Assembly (NCBI RefSeq): GCF_036321535.1
Contig: NC_087437.1
Coordinates: 84,694,001 to 84,758,000 of the forward strand
Reading direction: 5' to 3'
Origin: Camelus dromedarius
Taxonomy: Eukaryota
Length of the DNA stretch: 64,000 nucleotides
Part shown: positions 1 through 14,619 of the stretch, in pieces
How the letters are laid out: each line of letters opens with the position of its first letter
Numbering within the stretch: the first letter of the stretch is position 1
Program-made: the position numbers and the translations under genes
Notes under the pieces: model-generated
The model's database searches: none
What the model was told of the DNA's origin: nothing
Seen by the model: the letters and a program-made list of their open reading frames with translations, nothing else

Positions 1-3000
1 AAAGAAGCATAGGATGGAATCTCCTCAGGGTCTTAGGAGAGACTTTTTGTGTTTGTCAATTAGTCGTTGTGACTGAAAAATAGTTTTGATTGACCTGGCC
101 TGGTTTATGTGTGAACAGCTTGAGCAGAAGTATCAGATGGACTGAAGTCTCATGGATTGAAAGTCAGAGAGGGACGTTTTTCCAAAGTACACAGAGCGCT
201 GGTTTCAGAAACTGGGTGAGTGGGAGCTAGGCATTCATAAACAGCAGATGTGTATGACATCTGGCTCTTGATGAATGTGGCTAGTATATTCCCATGGGCT
301 TCAAGGTTGTGTTGGTGTGAAGGTAAGATCTTTCTTAGGAAACATAATACTGCAAAGTGGGTGGACAAAGGTAAAGATTTGTCTTATCTCTCCCTCTTCT
401 TCTTCTCTTTCTCTTTGAAATCAGAATTCAGTTTAAAACCAAATTATATATACATATATACTAGTGGTGGTAGTTAATACGAATGATTTGTTTTGTTATC
501 TAAATTTTTTACAGGCTTAAAAAAGGAATTTCACATAGGGTAAAAAAATCACTTATCAAATATGATACTAAATGTTTATTTAAAATGTAAGTCAAAAGTA
601 TGCAATCTGAATTTAGTAACACATTTTTTTATGCCACCATTAAGTAAATATTATACACATACTGAAAGAATATAACTTGAATCCAGAGCCACCACAATTT
701 GATCTATCAAGTGTCCCACATATTTCAATCCAGTCCTTAATATGTGTTTCCCCTTTGGAACTATTTTTATGTTTAAATGTTACACTTGTTGATACACTAA
801 ATTGTCCTCAGAAATGCTACTTTCTCAACCTTGTGCTTACATTCCCTTTCAGTCTTCACTGCTTCCTCATTGTTGAGGTATCAGCTGTCACTTTTTGCAT
901 CTTCACTGACTCTAGCAGCCATATGAAATATATCATTTGAAATTTATATACCATATATCCATTTTCATAGGCCCTTGAAAATGCTTGTTTATAATCTGAT
1001 GTATAATCCTTGGAATCCAGATAATGAGTTAAATATATAAAACATAAAAATTATAAACATCCTTAATGAAAGGAAGCACTGAGGGGAATTCTCTTTAAAA
1101 ATTGCATCAGTTTAAATCTATACCTGTTAGGTATCTATTTTGTGCCTCCCAAAGATTTGTTTCACTCCTTTGTAATTTCTTTGTTGTTTCATACTTTGTG
1201 TGTGTGTATGAGGTTTAACTTGGCATTGGACAAATTTTTTATACATGCACATTACAATGACTAGCATAAAGAGGGTTCAATATTAGTACTTAATAAATTG
1301 TTGAATGTGTAAATGAAGGAATTATTCTATTACAAATTTCTATAGTAACCCAGTGTTGCCTGTAAATAGGAATATATCAATATCCACGTTTGACATAGGA
1401 TCCAAGACACATGGAAGATTAATGGGTTTTAAAGGTCATATAACAAGTAACTGGCATACACTTTGAAGTACTTTGCCTTACACAAAGAAACTACGGGTAG
1501 CCTTAATGAATACAAGCAGAAAAAAATACTTGTTCAGGAATCAATATATGGAAGGTAATAGAAAATTTAGAACATTTTATAAGAAACTTAAATTTAAGAA
1601 TACCTGTCAGAAGCAGTGCATCTTGCATAATTCATTATGTACTCTTACAATGTGAAACTGTTTATAAGGTTCTAAAATGAAAGGTAATAGGTGTAGCCTA
1701 ATGCATAGGCATCCCTCTTTTCCTATTTAATAATGTTTCCTGCTTACAATTTATTTTCATAGTATTTTGTAAAATATTACAATATTTTACTCTATATTCA
1801 ATGTATAGGAAGAAAAAAAATCCTTCCCTGAAATGTGTATATGTCAGCTTATAAATCACTCTTTTAGGAAAAGAGAATATAAATTCTGAGAAAGCCCAAC
1901 ACACATAAACATAGCTTTGAATAGAGATGTACAATAATAATAAATAATCTACATTTTACCTACAAATTATTTTTATTCGAAATTATGTTTGATGTTATTG
2001 TGATATTTGTGGATCAACCTGCTTATCAAAAACTGAAATGAAATAATAGTATTCAAATTGGTCAGAATTCTTCCCTCTTCATCATAATAGAATATATTAT
2101 TCTTTTCTCTCCCTAGGATTTATATCACATATTATAGAAAAGAAAATCTACGTTAGAGTATGATGTCATTTAAAAAAATCACCTCTTTTGAGTAGTTTGT
2201 GACATAGGTCCTTTTCTTTCAAATGCACATTAACACTTTGTGGCAGAAGTTGGAGCTTGTGTATCATTATATTGTTTAGCATTTTTTTATCATGAGTTCT
2301 GAAAATAATACTTTCTATAGAAAAGCAATACAACTTTGAGAGATAAATATAAGTTAGCATTGTAAATCAGTATATTAACACTCACTGGTATTTTGTAAGA
2401 CTGTTAATGGTAATTAAGTTTTATTCTCTAGTCTCAAATATGACACACTATTCAAATAAAAGTACACATTAATATTCATGACGCATCAAGCATTCTAGAG
2501 AATAATGCGATTTGTTTGAGTCTATATTCGTATTTTCAGTCAAATCATTGTTGAAGATTTGCCTATAATGTTTTTGTCTTTCATAAAAATAGATAAGAAA
2601 ATATTTAAATGTTAGTTTCAAGAAAATTTAAAAAAATTTCTTCTTCCCAATGATTTATGATGTTCCCTTTACCTCAGACTATTTGGTTAAATTTTTGCCA
2701 TGGCAATTAAAAACTTACATTTTTATTTTTTAAATTTAATTGAATTTTTAATTCCAATTCCATACTTCAAATAGTGTATTTATAGTATTTTCAATTTACT
2801 GTAATTTAAACCACAATTTTAAAAATATTTAAGGGATACATAATAAATAAATAATCTTACATTAAAGAATATTGAAAGATTAACACGATTTATTATAGAA
2901 ACATATGAAAAAGCAATTCAGTTGTAATGAATCCCACTTGAGCAGCCAGTGGACAATGTCTTGTCTGTACCAATAGGAAAAGGTTCTCTGTAAAATATAA

Positions 3001-5814
3001 AAAATTATAAGGTACATCCCAAGGACTCAAGATGAAATTGAGAAAAATTATTATTTAAAGCATAGAGAGAGAATCTCTCATCCAAAAAGGTGATCCTAGA
3101 GACTTGTGGTGAGCTAACAACTGTGGCCCAGGCTCAAAGATACAGGCATGACTGGGCTTACTATCTGCTTTAATTTGTTTCTATAACTAGAAAAAAAGAC
3201 AATAAAATGCAATTTTGTTGTTAGCACATAGGTATTTTAATGATACAATTTGCAGGAATCCTTAGTTTAGAAATATCATTTTGTTAAATAAGACAAATAT
3301 TATTTTGTCAAAGCCAAAATTTCCCTTCCAGGACTGTGAGTCAGAGATACCAAGCTCCGTATCTGCAACAAACCTAATTTTCAGGATTTTTACAAAGAGT
3401 AAATGAGATCATTTCTGTGACCTGAATATTACCTATTTTTCAAGTAGATAATATTTAATACATTTTACCTATGATTCTTATTATTAAAAGTAGACAAAAT
3501 AGAAATTTACTTAAATCTTGTCTCTTCTAATCTAGTAGAAAAAGAAAATATATTTCCTATGGAAGAGACTTGTAATTGCTTATTCTATTCTATTTTTCTT
3601 CCCTATTAACAAAACTACGTTTTGTGGTGTAGCGTCATGCTCAGTTAAATAGTGACAAGTCCATTCTGGATTAAAATAATTTGTAAAATATACAAAGAGA
3701 AGTTTTTGGATAGGGATTAAGGTAAAGTTCCTTAAAGAGAGTCAACTTAGTCTTTTGTTCTTTACCTGTCCTTTTCCTGCCTGTTATAATAGAAGGTGAT
3801 GGCAGGGACTGCAGAATTAATTTTGACACTGAGAAAAAAGACATTAGGATTTCTGAGATCCCAATCCTAACATTTTTAAGCATCTAAATCACTAATCACC
3901 ACCTACCTACCCCACACTTATTATTAAATAAGAAAACTAAACCATTTTTGTCTTTATTCCAATATCTCTGTTGCTTGCAATTTCATACGATGCCTCATTA
4001 ATTAATTTGCCACTTGGGAGGCAAAAAACTTAACATATTTATTATCCATGGTTACCAAAAACATTTTTTAGTAAAGCTTCTCCTTTCCCCTCCTTCAAAC
4101 ATGATATTCCTTTTACCAGACACGATGATTTCAGAAACGGTATGAAATCAGCCTCACTATTTCAGGAAAAGTAGGTAAGGTCTCTACTTTTCGTAAAATT
4201 AATATCAAAATAATATTGTGAGGTTAACTCTTGGAGAAAAAAATACATAATGAACTATCATTCACCCTGATGGTTTAAGATTCATAACAGGTCTAGGAGC
4301 AGGGATCTAAGCCTCTGCTATAAATAAATAACAAAAACTACAATTACTTTTCAAAGGAAAGGAAAGATACGCTGGGATCTTGCACTGGGATCTCATACCC
4401 TGCAATGAGAACACAGAATTAATGGATGTATCTTGCTTCAATTTTCACTGCTGGTAAGAATAATAGCCAATGAAACATTCCCTTCCCATTAGAGTTAGTA
4501 ACCTCCAGAGAGACTATGAAAGGCAGAGAGCATTCCACAAAGTTGCTATTTGCTAAGGGTCATTGGTGAGTATATCGAGTTTCTTCTCTGTGATTTCAGA
4601 GGGAGAATTTACAAAAAATTATGGCTGTTTATTTGCTGTTGAAAGGCTGAGCTAGAGGTTTCATTTACGGGTATGTTAGAAGCTCATATTGCTGCATAGC
4701 AGCTGATTGAATATATTTTAAAATTTAGGGGAGAAAAAGGCCAAAATGCAAACCTAGCTCTACCTAGGGAGGACTACCTATTGTGTAGGTTCATTACTTG
4801 AGTGAATAACAGGATAAGTCAGCCTCTTTATTTTGGAAGTTCACATGCAGAAGATATGCTACAATTTCAAATACTACAAAAAGCACTCTTGGAATGTTAA
4901 GCTCTGAAGTACATACTGTCTGCACATTTGAGGCAGCATTTTAGATGCAGGGTTGAATTGCACATCCATACACCCCCACACACAAAAATTCCATCCTTCA
5001 ATCTCAACAGACATTTTGTGCTATCAGATGCAAGGATAGCCAGAAATATGACTTAGCATAAGACTGTTGATAGCAATTTGGAAGGCTATCAAAATGATCA
5101 TATTAAATATATATATTCCATTTAATGCTGAGAATCTGGCATCTGTTTCATACCACTTTAAAGCTAGAAGAGGTAAACTGGAAGAGATAAACATTGAATT
5201 GTTTCTGCTACTAATGCACTTTTGATATAGATAGTTTGGAAGAAAAAAATTTTAGCAGGGAAATTGAGGTTTATTTATAATATTGTTACTAACATGTGGC
5301 AAGTTTCCCAGTTTATTTTATAAACATGTCAATTATTGGTTATTCCCCACTCCTTCCTTCAAAGCCAGGAAGTTTTCATGTGATGATAATTTATTTGCTT
5401 TTATATAGCCATGCAAAATAAACAAATTAATATAAAACAAAGTATTTTTTATTCTCCAAGAAATTTGAGGCTATCAAATAGCTTATTCATTTAATTATTT
5501 TTTATTCACTCTGAAAATATTAGTTGAATTCCTGTTTTCATCAAGACAGTGTTACAAGATCAAAGACTTGTGATTGTAAACTGTTGTTAACATAATTAAA
5601 GGAAAGTGGAAATTGATCTCCTCTTTTTAGCCATTTGAAATATTTAAGCAACTTATCTTTCAATCAAATTTAATTGGTTAGAGTAAAAAAACGACGAGGG
5701 TAAGACAGATTGATTAAAATGAGGCTGGACAGCCTCTAGAAAATCCATATCTGTTTCTGGGTTTGGTTTCAACAAATCGCTTGAACTAGTTTATGAACCA
5801 GAGTTTGTAAGTAT

Positions 5815-5860
5815 ATCTATCTGTCTGTCTGTCTGCCTGTCTATCTTTCTGTCTGTCTAT
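5815..5860. repeat. (TCTA/TCTG)n compound microsatellite
   Basis: tctatctgtctgtctgtctgcctgtctatctttctgtctgtctat seen directly. Confidence 0.85.
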
Positions 5861-7051
5861 TTTTTGGCAAGGAGAGAGTCCATAGTCTCTAAATGAATGC
5901 CCAAAATATACCCCACCTCTCACCTACATCTATTGTAAAATCACTCATGTAAAAAAATCTATTTCAGAATCTTTCTCTAGTACATTACTTTTGTTATTGC
6001 CATTGAACCACTGGTAATACTACTCTATCGGAATGAGCAAGTGGTGAGAAGTAAAGACCCCTTTGAAAAATTTGTGGAGGATGATATTGAAAGAATTACG
6101 CTAAACAAAGATGTCTTGCTTTAGAGTCCCAAGCACTTCATTAACATCTTCGGAGGTAGTCACACATGCATACAAAGTGCCAATTCCCCTAAAGACTGAG
6201 ACCCATGATTATTATACCTAGATATTTAATTTTTTAGAATTTTATTTAACTAGATATGATTAGAAGGGCTATGGGAAAGGCATTTCAAGGGATTGGAGAA
6301 TGGAAGAGTATTAAATATATTGGTAACATTAGGATTTTAGAGCTCAAATAAACCAAAACTATGTTTACAGACTAATTGAAGGTGTAGGTTTAAGGAGAAT
6401 GATTCAGGAGGTTAGTGATGCTTTGTTTAGAAAAATCGGAGACCTTGTTGCAGGAATTAGGACAGAAGACCTAATGAACGTAATCATTAGTATCTGGCAT
6501 CAAGCTTCACTACATTTGAGTTATATAAGCCATTTAGAAAATTATTTTACTGAAAAATTATAAAGTGATATCAAGTGTTAATGTAAATCATGGTTAACTG
6601 AAATATATTTGATCTTAATTTGATTACCCAAAGCTATACTAAAATCTTTTCCAAGGACTGTTATTACAAATTTGTTTCTGTAAATAAACATTACAAGTAA
6701 AAACTAAAAAGCATATATTAGGTAATGTAGAAGTGGGAAAAGGGCTGAATTTAGAAATTAGAAATCATTCTGAATTAAAATTTGTATTCTATAATTTTAT
6801 CCTTACAATAGGATATAGGGTTTTGATTGCATTTAAAATTAAACAATAACTATATATTTATTTATCTCTAAAGCTAAGGTAGAGTTTTGATAGCATCATG
6901 CTCTTAACTCAAATAAAATGAGTTTAAACTTGATTTAAAAGCATTTTAAATTCTTGCTGTTGTGGTCAGGGAAGAAACACGTTATGCCTTGGTAGGAGAA
7001 CACTATTGCAGTATTCCTCTCTGTCCCTCAGATTTTGGAAGGTGCAGTAGA

Positions 7052-7234
7052 TCTTTTTGGCCATCAAGGTATTATCTAGTCTACTGAAGCAGTACTTACT
7101 AAATAGTCAGGAAAGTACTGCCCATTTGGGAGTTAACGACCTTTGGAAACTGTATCAGTTGTTACAGGTCACCAGGACAATATTAAGTAAGATACTGCTT
7201 CAGTGCACTAAATAGTACTTGCTGGTCTGAAAGA
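7052..7234. repeat. Imperfect inverted repeat (about 50-bp arms), possible ancient palindromic MITE
   Basis: 7083-7100 actgaagcagtacttact pairs with 7186-7204 agtaagatactgcttcagt (1 bulge); pairing extends with mismatches to 7052/7234. Confidence 0.75.
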
Positions 7235-7786
7235 GTAGAGGCAGCCTCTAAAGGCTCTGATGTATGACCAGGGATGAGAATGCAAATAGGATGAATCAAG
7301 TTCAACCAAAGAACATTAAACCTTAGAACCATACCTTAATAGACTGGACTTTTGAGCCTTCAGTCATTTTATTAAGAGATGTTAAGATTTTTTTGTTTAT
7401 ATGGAAACTAAAACATGGCCATTTTGAGTCTCAAGCTGTTCTTTTTTTTTTTTTTTTTTTTCTGGTTTTCCTCTTCTAACAGTTACAAATACGAGATTTT
7501 TTCCCAATACCTTTAGCATTAATAGCATTCACAGCACGCTGCTATGTGTATTTTAATAATATAAAAGAATTATTAAATAACTGATATTTTAGTAGGTTTT
7601 GAATTAACTGAAATTAAGTTCTAAAATTGAGCTTTTAGTGGTATTTCACTTCTATGATTTTGCATCTTTCCAACTGAGTTATACGAAATTCATTCTCTGT
7701 ACTTATATAATATTTCCAAATAGTGATCTTTAAAGCAAGAAAAGGGTCCCTTGGTAACACTAATTCAAGGAACTTTTAAGAGTTTA

Positions 7787-8000
7787 AAAGACAGAGAAAG
7801 ACAAATATTGTATGATCTCACTTATATGTACAATCCAAAAAACCAACCTCATAAAAGCAGAATGGATGGTGGTTGCCAGAGGTGGGGGTTGGGGGTGGGG
7901 GAGTGAAATGGGTGAAGGTATTCAAAAGGTACAAAGCCTCAAATTTAAGAAAAATAAGTTATGGGGATGTAATCAACAGCATGGTGAAGAAAAAAAAAAA
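7787..8000 (+). mobile_element. Short L1 (L1MA9-like) 3' UTR fragment with poly(A) tail
   Basis: gacagagaaagacaaatattgtatgatctcacttatatg...ggtggttgccagagg...catggtga followed by an A-run; TSD aagagttta at 7778-7786 and 8001-8009. Confidence 0.8.
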
Positions 8001-8239
8001 AAGAGTTTACTTATACCCAATCTAAGATAAAGGGAGATCTGCTTCTGCCATACTGGTGAGATTGAACAGAGTGGATGGGCCATCAGCTGCCTAACAGCAT
8101 GGGCATGGGAGGAGGAGTCACATCTCTGAGGACCATAACCACCTATCCATGTATGTCAGAGGAAGCTGACTATGTATAATTCAGAACCAGTGGTTTCCTT
8201 AATATAAATTTTTTTATTCAGAGCAGAATAGGCATTGGA

Positions 8240-8320
8240 GTAATAATAATAAGGAAAACAGCAACACTAGCTAACATTTACTGAGAAGTTTCTATGGGCC
8301 AGAAGTTTCCAATTGTTTGA
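8240..8320 (-). mobile_element. MIR SINE, left part (split by L1)
   Basis: taataataat...gctaacatttactgag...ctatgggccag matches the MIR 3' end in reverse. Confidence 0.6.
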
Positions 8321-8337
8321 TAAGCATTAATATTTCT

Positions 8338-9442
8338 TTTTTTCTTTTTTCTTTTATTTGTATAATATATTTTTATTGAAGTATAGTCAGTTTACAATGT
8401 TGTGTCAATTTCTGGTGTACAGCATAATGGTTCAGTCATACATTAACATACATATGTTCCTTTTCCTATTCTTTTTCACCATAATATATATTTCCCTGTG
8501 TTATACAGTATAAACTTGTTTATCTATTTTACATATATAATATTAGTTAGTATCTGCAAATCTCCAACTCCCAATTTATCTCTTCTCACTCCCATCCCCT
8601 CCAGTAACCATAAGTTTGTTTTCTATGTCTGTGAGTCTGTTTCTGTTTTATAAATAAGTTCATTTGTATCTTTTTTTTTTTTTTTTAGATTCCACATATA
8701 AGTGATATCATATGGCATTTTTGTTTCTCTTTCTGGCTTTACTTAGAATGATAATCTCCATGTCCATCCATGTTGCTGCAAGTGGCATTTTATTCTTTTT
8801 CATGGCTGAGTAGTATTCCATTGTATAAATATCCCGTCTTCTGTTGATGGACATTTAAGTTGTTACCATGTCTTGGCTATTGTAAATAGCGCTGCAGTGA
8901 ACATTGGGGTGAATGTATCTCTTTGAATTAAGGTTCTTTCTGTATATATGCCCAGGAGTGGGATTGCTGGATCATATGGTAAGTCTAGTTTTAGTCTTTT
9001 GAGAAATCTCCGTACTATTTTCCATAATGGCTGTACCAAATTACATTTTCACCAACAGTGTGGGACAGTTCCATTTTCTCCACAGCCTCTCCACATTTGT
9101 CATTTGTGGACTTTTGAATGATGGCCATTCTGACTGGTGTGAGATGGTGCCTAATTGTAGTTTTGGTTTTCATTTCTCTGATAATGATTGATATTGAGCA
9201 TTTTTTTTTCATGTGCCTATTGGCCATTTGTATGTCTTCATTGGAGAATTGCTTGTTTAGGTCTTCTCCCCATTTTTGAATTGGGTGGTTTGCTTTTTTC
9301 TTATTAAGTTGTATAAGCTGTTTATATATTCTGGAGATTAAGCCCTTGTCAGTCTCATCTTTTGCAAATAGTTTGTCCCATTCTGTAGGTTGTCTTTTTA
9401 TTTTGCTTATGGTTTCTTTTGGTGTACAAAAGCTTATCAGTT
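8338..9442 (-). mobile_element. 5'-truncated L1 (ORF2 C-terminus + 3' UTR), cetartiodactyl/camelid type
   Basis: ORF 9015-9449 ([12 protein letters not shown]...[10 protein letters not shown]...[13 protein letters not shown]) is L1 ORF2 C-terminal; T-rich tail at left; 17-bp TSD taagcattaatatttct at 8321-8337 and 9443-9459. Confidence 0.95.
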
Positions 9443-9459
9443 TAAGCATTAATATTTCT

Positions 9460-9605
9460 AATACTCACAAAGCCTATGATGTAGACATTATTGAAACATT
9501 ATTATACAAATAAGGATACTGAGGCAGAGAGATAGTAAGTTGTTTCCAAAGATCACGCTGCTGGCAAGTGGTAGAGTCCAGAACCCATGCTCTTAATCAA
9601 TGTGA
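9460..9605 (-). mobile_element. MIR SINE, right part
   Basis: acaaataaggatactgaggcagagag...ccaaagatcacgctgctggcaagtggtagag is the MIR core in reverse. Confidence 0.75.
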
Positions 9606-12600
9606 CATTTTTCCTTGCTTGTCTACATGTTTAGACTATTTGTATAAAGTATGCATACTCTATTCACAAGTTATACATAAAAGTATAAACCAAATGTCTA
9701 TTTGCTAAGGTACAGAACAACACATAGAAAAATATCTTTGAAATCAAGTCAACAAAGCATCATTAGACTTTGTGCAGATGAAAACAGGGCTGAGGACTAG
9801 AAAGACTTAAGAGCAAGAGGGATTCTATGGAAGATTAGCCAAAGACGGTCAAAGAAATGGTCAATGTCTTTAAAAATATGAAGTCCTATACTCCTTTCTT
9901 CCAACAACATGGGAATTTGGCCACACATTCATGTTTCCACAGTAGAAATTGAGTCAAGGCTTCACCTTTCTAAATTTGCTTATATTTATAAAAATGTAAG
10001 GGTGAATGTTTTCATTTACTGCTGATACATTTTAATTTGGACATCTTCTAAGAGTTGATACAGAAACAGAATTCTGTTTCCACCCCATTTTTGTTATATA
10101 ATTATTGGCAAGGATCCACAGTAAATGGAAATAATAACAATGCACATCTCTCAAAGTTGTTTTGCAGATTATATATTACATAGGTTAATGTAGGAAATAT
10201 TATTGAAAGGGAAATATTTACCTTAACTGCCCATATATTTTAGGCAAAGAATAAATGTCAAAATGTTCATATAATATCTGAAGCTGGCTTATACCATAAA
10301 TTTTACCCTAAAGTTGCATGAATCCAATCCAATACTTATATTTGAAAGGCCCAGCAATAAGAGAAGATATGTAACAAAAATTTGGGGATAAACTATTACT
10401 GATGACATCATGCTGCAAGACAAATATCACAGCAAAGTTTAAATGATGCCTCTTAAAGCTTTTACTTTAATACAAATTAATATTTTTCACATCTCATCAG
10501 AGACTGAGATTACTCCATTAAATTTTAGGTTTCAGATTGTATTACAAATTTAATTAGAGTGGTATAAGTTTAGTGTAATAGACTTTGTAAAGAACACTAG
10601 TAATAGGTCTATGGAGTGGCATTTTGAAGGCAGCACTTATTTCTAGTGGATTCATTGTCAGTGACAAAGAGATTCAGCTGGATATTGGGCTTGGAGACAG
10701 AAATTTACCTGTGAAGATGATACTTTTCCAGATGATAAGGATAAATTCAGAAATATTTGTGATACTTGTTTTTATTGTGTCTCCTTCTAGCATACCAAGA
10801 TTAGTAAAGTTTCTATTAGACATTTTTTTTTCTCCTTTGCTTTTGCTAAACAATTCTTATGAAACACTTCCTCTTCTTGAATACATAAGTTTGGCTGTGA
10901 ACTCCTTTAAATGTATGTGAACTTTATTTAATTTTTTCCATTTTTTTCCCCAGCAGTTTTACTGAAAATTTTGCTTGTTTGGAGGTAATATGATTATGTT
11001 CACATAGAGGGATTCATTCAGGTGGTTTGTATTTTGCTGATATTTGTATAGGGCCTGCTTGCTTGGATGTTTCTCTCTCTACTTCCCTAGGTTTTGATTT
11101 TCACCACTACACCCACCACTATATGTAATTGGTTGAGCTTAAGTCACATCTGGAAACCTAGCATCTCGAAAAGATTGTGGAAGTACAGATTTTAGTTTTT
11201 CTGCATGTGCAATCCAGGAAGACACTTCAAAAGAAAATTAGAGTAAGTGTTGATCAAGCCAATCCAAAAAGTTGCAAATATCTTTTCTCAAAACACCTCC
11301 TAAAAATGCCATGTTTTATACACCAAACTGATAGCAAATATATTTAATAATTCAGTTTTACAGCTTCAAAATCACTTTTTTATGTAGCAGTACCAAAAAA
11401 ATCTATTTATAATGCCCATTTTTTCCATTACTGTTTTACTTGTTCACCATGCATTTCAACTCACTTGATACCCTAATCTGATATATACCTAAAATTCAAT
11501 ACACATTTGACCTCATATAAAGGCAGATAGAAAGAACTGAAAATTAAGTGGGGAAAATAAATCATCTCAAATAGAGATTGGATATAGATCTAATACTTGG
11601 AATAGATCTAATACTTCAACCAACATTAGTGTAAGAATATATGAAGTATATAAAGTTATACAGTGAGTATGAAAATAAAATTAATAATCCAAATAAAATT
11701 CCATGAAAGCAAAATAAAGAATTAGTGTGATAACAGGCCTTAGCTTCAAATAACACAATGGTAAGAGGAATAATGGTCATTCTCAGCAAGGGTTTAAATC
11801 TCATTTCCTTAGAATGCAAATACATTTATCATTATGAAAAATACTCTGGCTAATTTCAAACTCTAAGTCATTACAAAGTGATATTAGCTGCAATAAATTT
11901 CTGAACATAAAGTGTTGCTTTCTGTGAGATGATTTCAGCTTTATTTAATTTGGTATTACAGTATTAATTAGTATCAGAGTTATAAAATTGCAGGTTTAGC
12001 CCTTGGCATTTTGCCATTCCAAGTGCTGTTTTCCAAAATAAATCTAGCTAGAAATAATTGTTTTTACAGTGTGGTAGCTATCATTCTTTTTTATGAATTA
12101 GATTCAGGAGATGATATTCCTAGAGCTGTTTGTGCCATAATATTAATATGTTACCCACTTACAGACCATCACAGAATTACAAGAACAGAAATGAATGAAT
12201 ATTACAAATGTACACAGAGAATGTGACTTTCCATTATCTCTTCTTTGAGAAATAGTTTTAGTTCCAGGAATTTCCATATACTGGCACTCTCATTATTATC
12301 CCTCTTGGACAATAACTGATTCTCCTGCTCCTACGGAGCTTTCCAGTGTCTAACGTAGAGATGAGCCCTTCACACTGCCTCTTCCTCACCAATGCATCCT
12401 CCCTTCAGAATTTCTCTTTTCTGCTCTTTAATTTTTTAATGGTTTTCTTTAATACATATACATCTTTATCTTCCTATCTCTTTTTTGTTTAAAAATATCT
12501 CATTTTGAATGCTTTTCCTTATAAGAATGAATTTATTAATATATGTGATATATAGGAAAAAGGTAAACCTGAATTTTAAATGAACTTAAAATAATATGCT

Positions 12601-14012
12601 GCTAGTCCCACCAACCTCTAATGGGATTTTAGTTGTGAATATCTTTGAGTTTTCAAAAAAAAAAAAAAAATCCTGAATCCTTTACTAGTTACAAACACTC
12701 TTGCACAAGTTCCAGCAATCATACACAAAATGTCACACCAATATAGTCTATTCTCTGTTCTGTTAATTCCTAATTACTGTGATAGCTCTATAAATTTAAC
12801 TGTGAAAGTTAATCAAGAGAAAGTATAAGAAAGGGGAAAAAAAGAAAAAGAAAGCAAAAGTGTAGTTCTGGAACACACTCAAGATTTAGAACTTTGTCTG
12901 TACTAGTTCTTTGAATTTCAAACAATTGACATACAAAGGTACCCTGAGTATAAAATTCTATGTAAGTATTGCATTCATGATTAGTTTTCATAGACACACC
13001 CTAATTTGAACATTGTCAAAAAGTTATCTATTTGACAGAACTTGCATAAAATATAGGGACACATTTAGTATTAGATCGTCGTTTTCAGATGTAAATTTTT
13101 GTCTATGGATTTTCTAAATATAATGCTGTATTTTTTACCTAGTTATAATTTTAATTTATTTGATGCTTTAATTGAACTGTGTCATAGTACCTATAACTAG
13201 ATAGAAAAAAGACAAAATTTTACATTGCTTCTGGCTACATGAAACTTCAGGATATTCTCCACCTGATCTATAAAGTAAATACTCACTTAATATTAAAGTG
13301 TGTTGATCAATTATACGTGTTTTTGGTTAGTGAAGAAAAACGTAACAAAGTCTCAATATTAAAGGCTGTCAGGAAGCAAATTGTTGAACTGCACTACCTT
13401 TAATGTCACACACAAATGTCGTTTCCTGCTTGCCTGAAGCTTACAAATGCTTAGTTTTATTTATAGTAGATACATTTCCTTAATCTAAAAATTTAGTCTG
13501 GAAGCATAGGAACCATGTCATCCTCTCAACTGATCTATTTGAATAACGGGGAAAATTTGTTTCAATATATGCGGTAGACATTTTAATTTGGCAATGTGTG
13601 TATTCCTCCCAAAATGAAGGGAGAGAGTCTTTGGGAGAGAACTGTCTGATTTAAGGCCCAGTCAACTGTCTGTTTTTCATGATATGGTTAAAAAAATTAT
13701 TTTTCTTGTAATAAACAATTAGGACTTAAGGCAGGTCACTTCTGCCCAATCCACGACTGAGAAAAATTTAAAATTTTACATTTTTACTAACCAAATTCTG
13801 ACAAATCATCAGCTATCCTAGTGAAGAAATAAAACTCTTATGGATTTTATTTATAAGAGGAAAACTTTAAAGCTTTGTAATTATAAAATATCATGGATCC
13901 CAAACAATATTTTTTCTCTTTGGTCTCTGAAAGAGTTCTGATTTGGAGACCGCACTGAAAAGAAACATAAAATGTTGTGATTTGTTGTGTGTCTGTGTCC
14001 CTCCAAAATATA

Positions 14013-14228
14013 CATTTAACTCTTGACCAACATGGGTTTTAATTGCACGAGTCCATCTATATGTGGATTTTTTCAATAAATACGTACTGTAACACTACAC
14101 GATCTGAGATTGGTTGAATCTGTGAGTGCAGAAACACTGATGTGGAGGGCCAACTGCAGCGTTAACCATGGAGTTTCACTGCGGGCAGTGTCAGCACCCT
14201 AATCCCCACGATGGTCCAGGACCAACTG
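14013..14228 (+). mobile_element. Tigger2-family (TcMar) MITE
   Basis: Ends catttaactcttgaccaacatggg / ggtccaggaccaactg resemble CAGTTGACCCTTGAACAAC terminal inverted repeats; flanked by TA on both sides. Confidence 0.75.
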
Positions 14229-14619
14229 TATTTATATAGTTTTCTTTAATGAGAGAAGAGAGAGGCAGGGAAGAGAGCGAGGGACATGGGAAGGAAGAGG
14301 AAGAAGTTAATTATGTTTTTTCCCCTCATTTCCTACATTTTGTCTGTAGTCAGAAACTTATTTTCAGAAACTTACTTGTTGGAGTGCTCTGCTATTAAAA
14401 CATCTGCAAATAGTCAAAATATGTCTTTAACAATACAAAATTTAGATTTTGTGGTCATCTCTGCTAAAATTTGATATTTTGCCTTTACGTAAATACAGAG
14501 AGGCAATGCTCTTCAACTGAATTAAAATGTATATATCTATATCTATTTTTACCTACCTCTTTGACCATTCTGTAAATGAGGAAAAAATAACTCTCAACAG
14601 CCATGCTGTTGTGTATACA

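Noticed and set aside
4120..4459. Splice-like signals (ttttaccag at 4119, AG|gtaagg at 4174, TG|gtaaga at 4453)
   Set aside because: 4120-4174 has stops in all three frames and the second candidate gives no recognisable peptide; unsupported without RNA data.
9015..9449. 144-aa ORF as a gene
   Set aside because: C-terminal fragment of L1 ORF2 inside a TSD-bounded, truncated L1.
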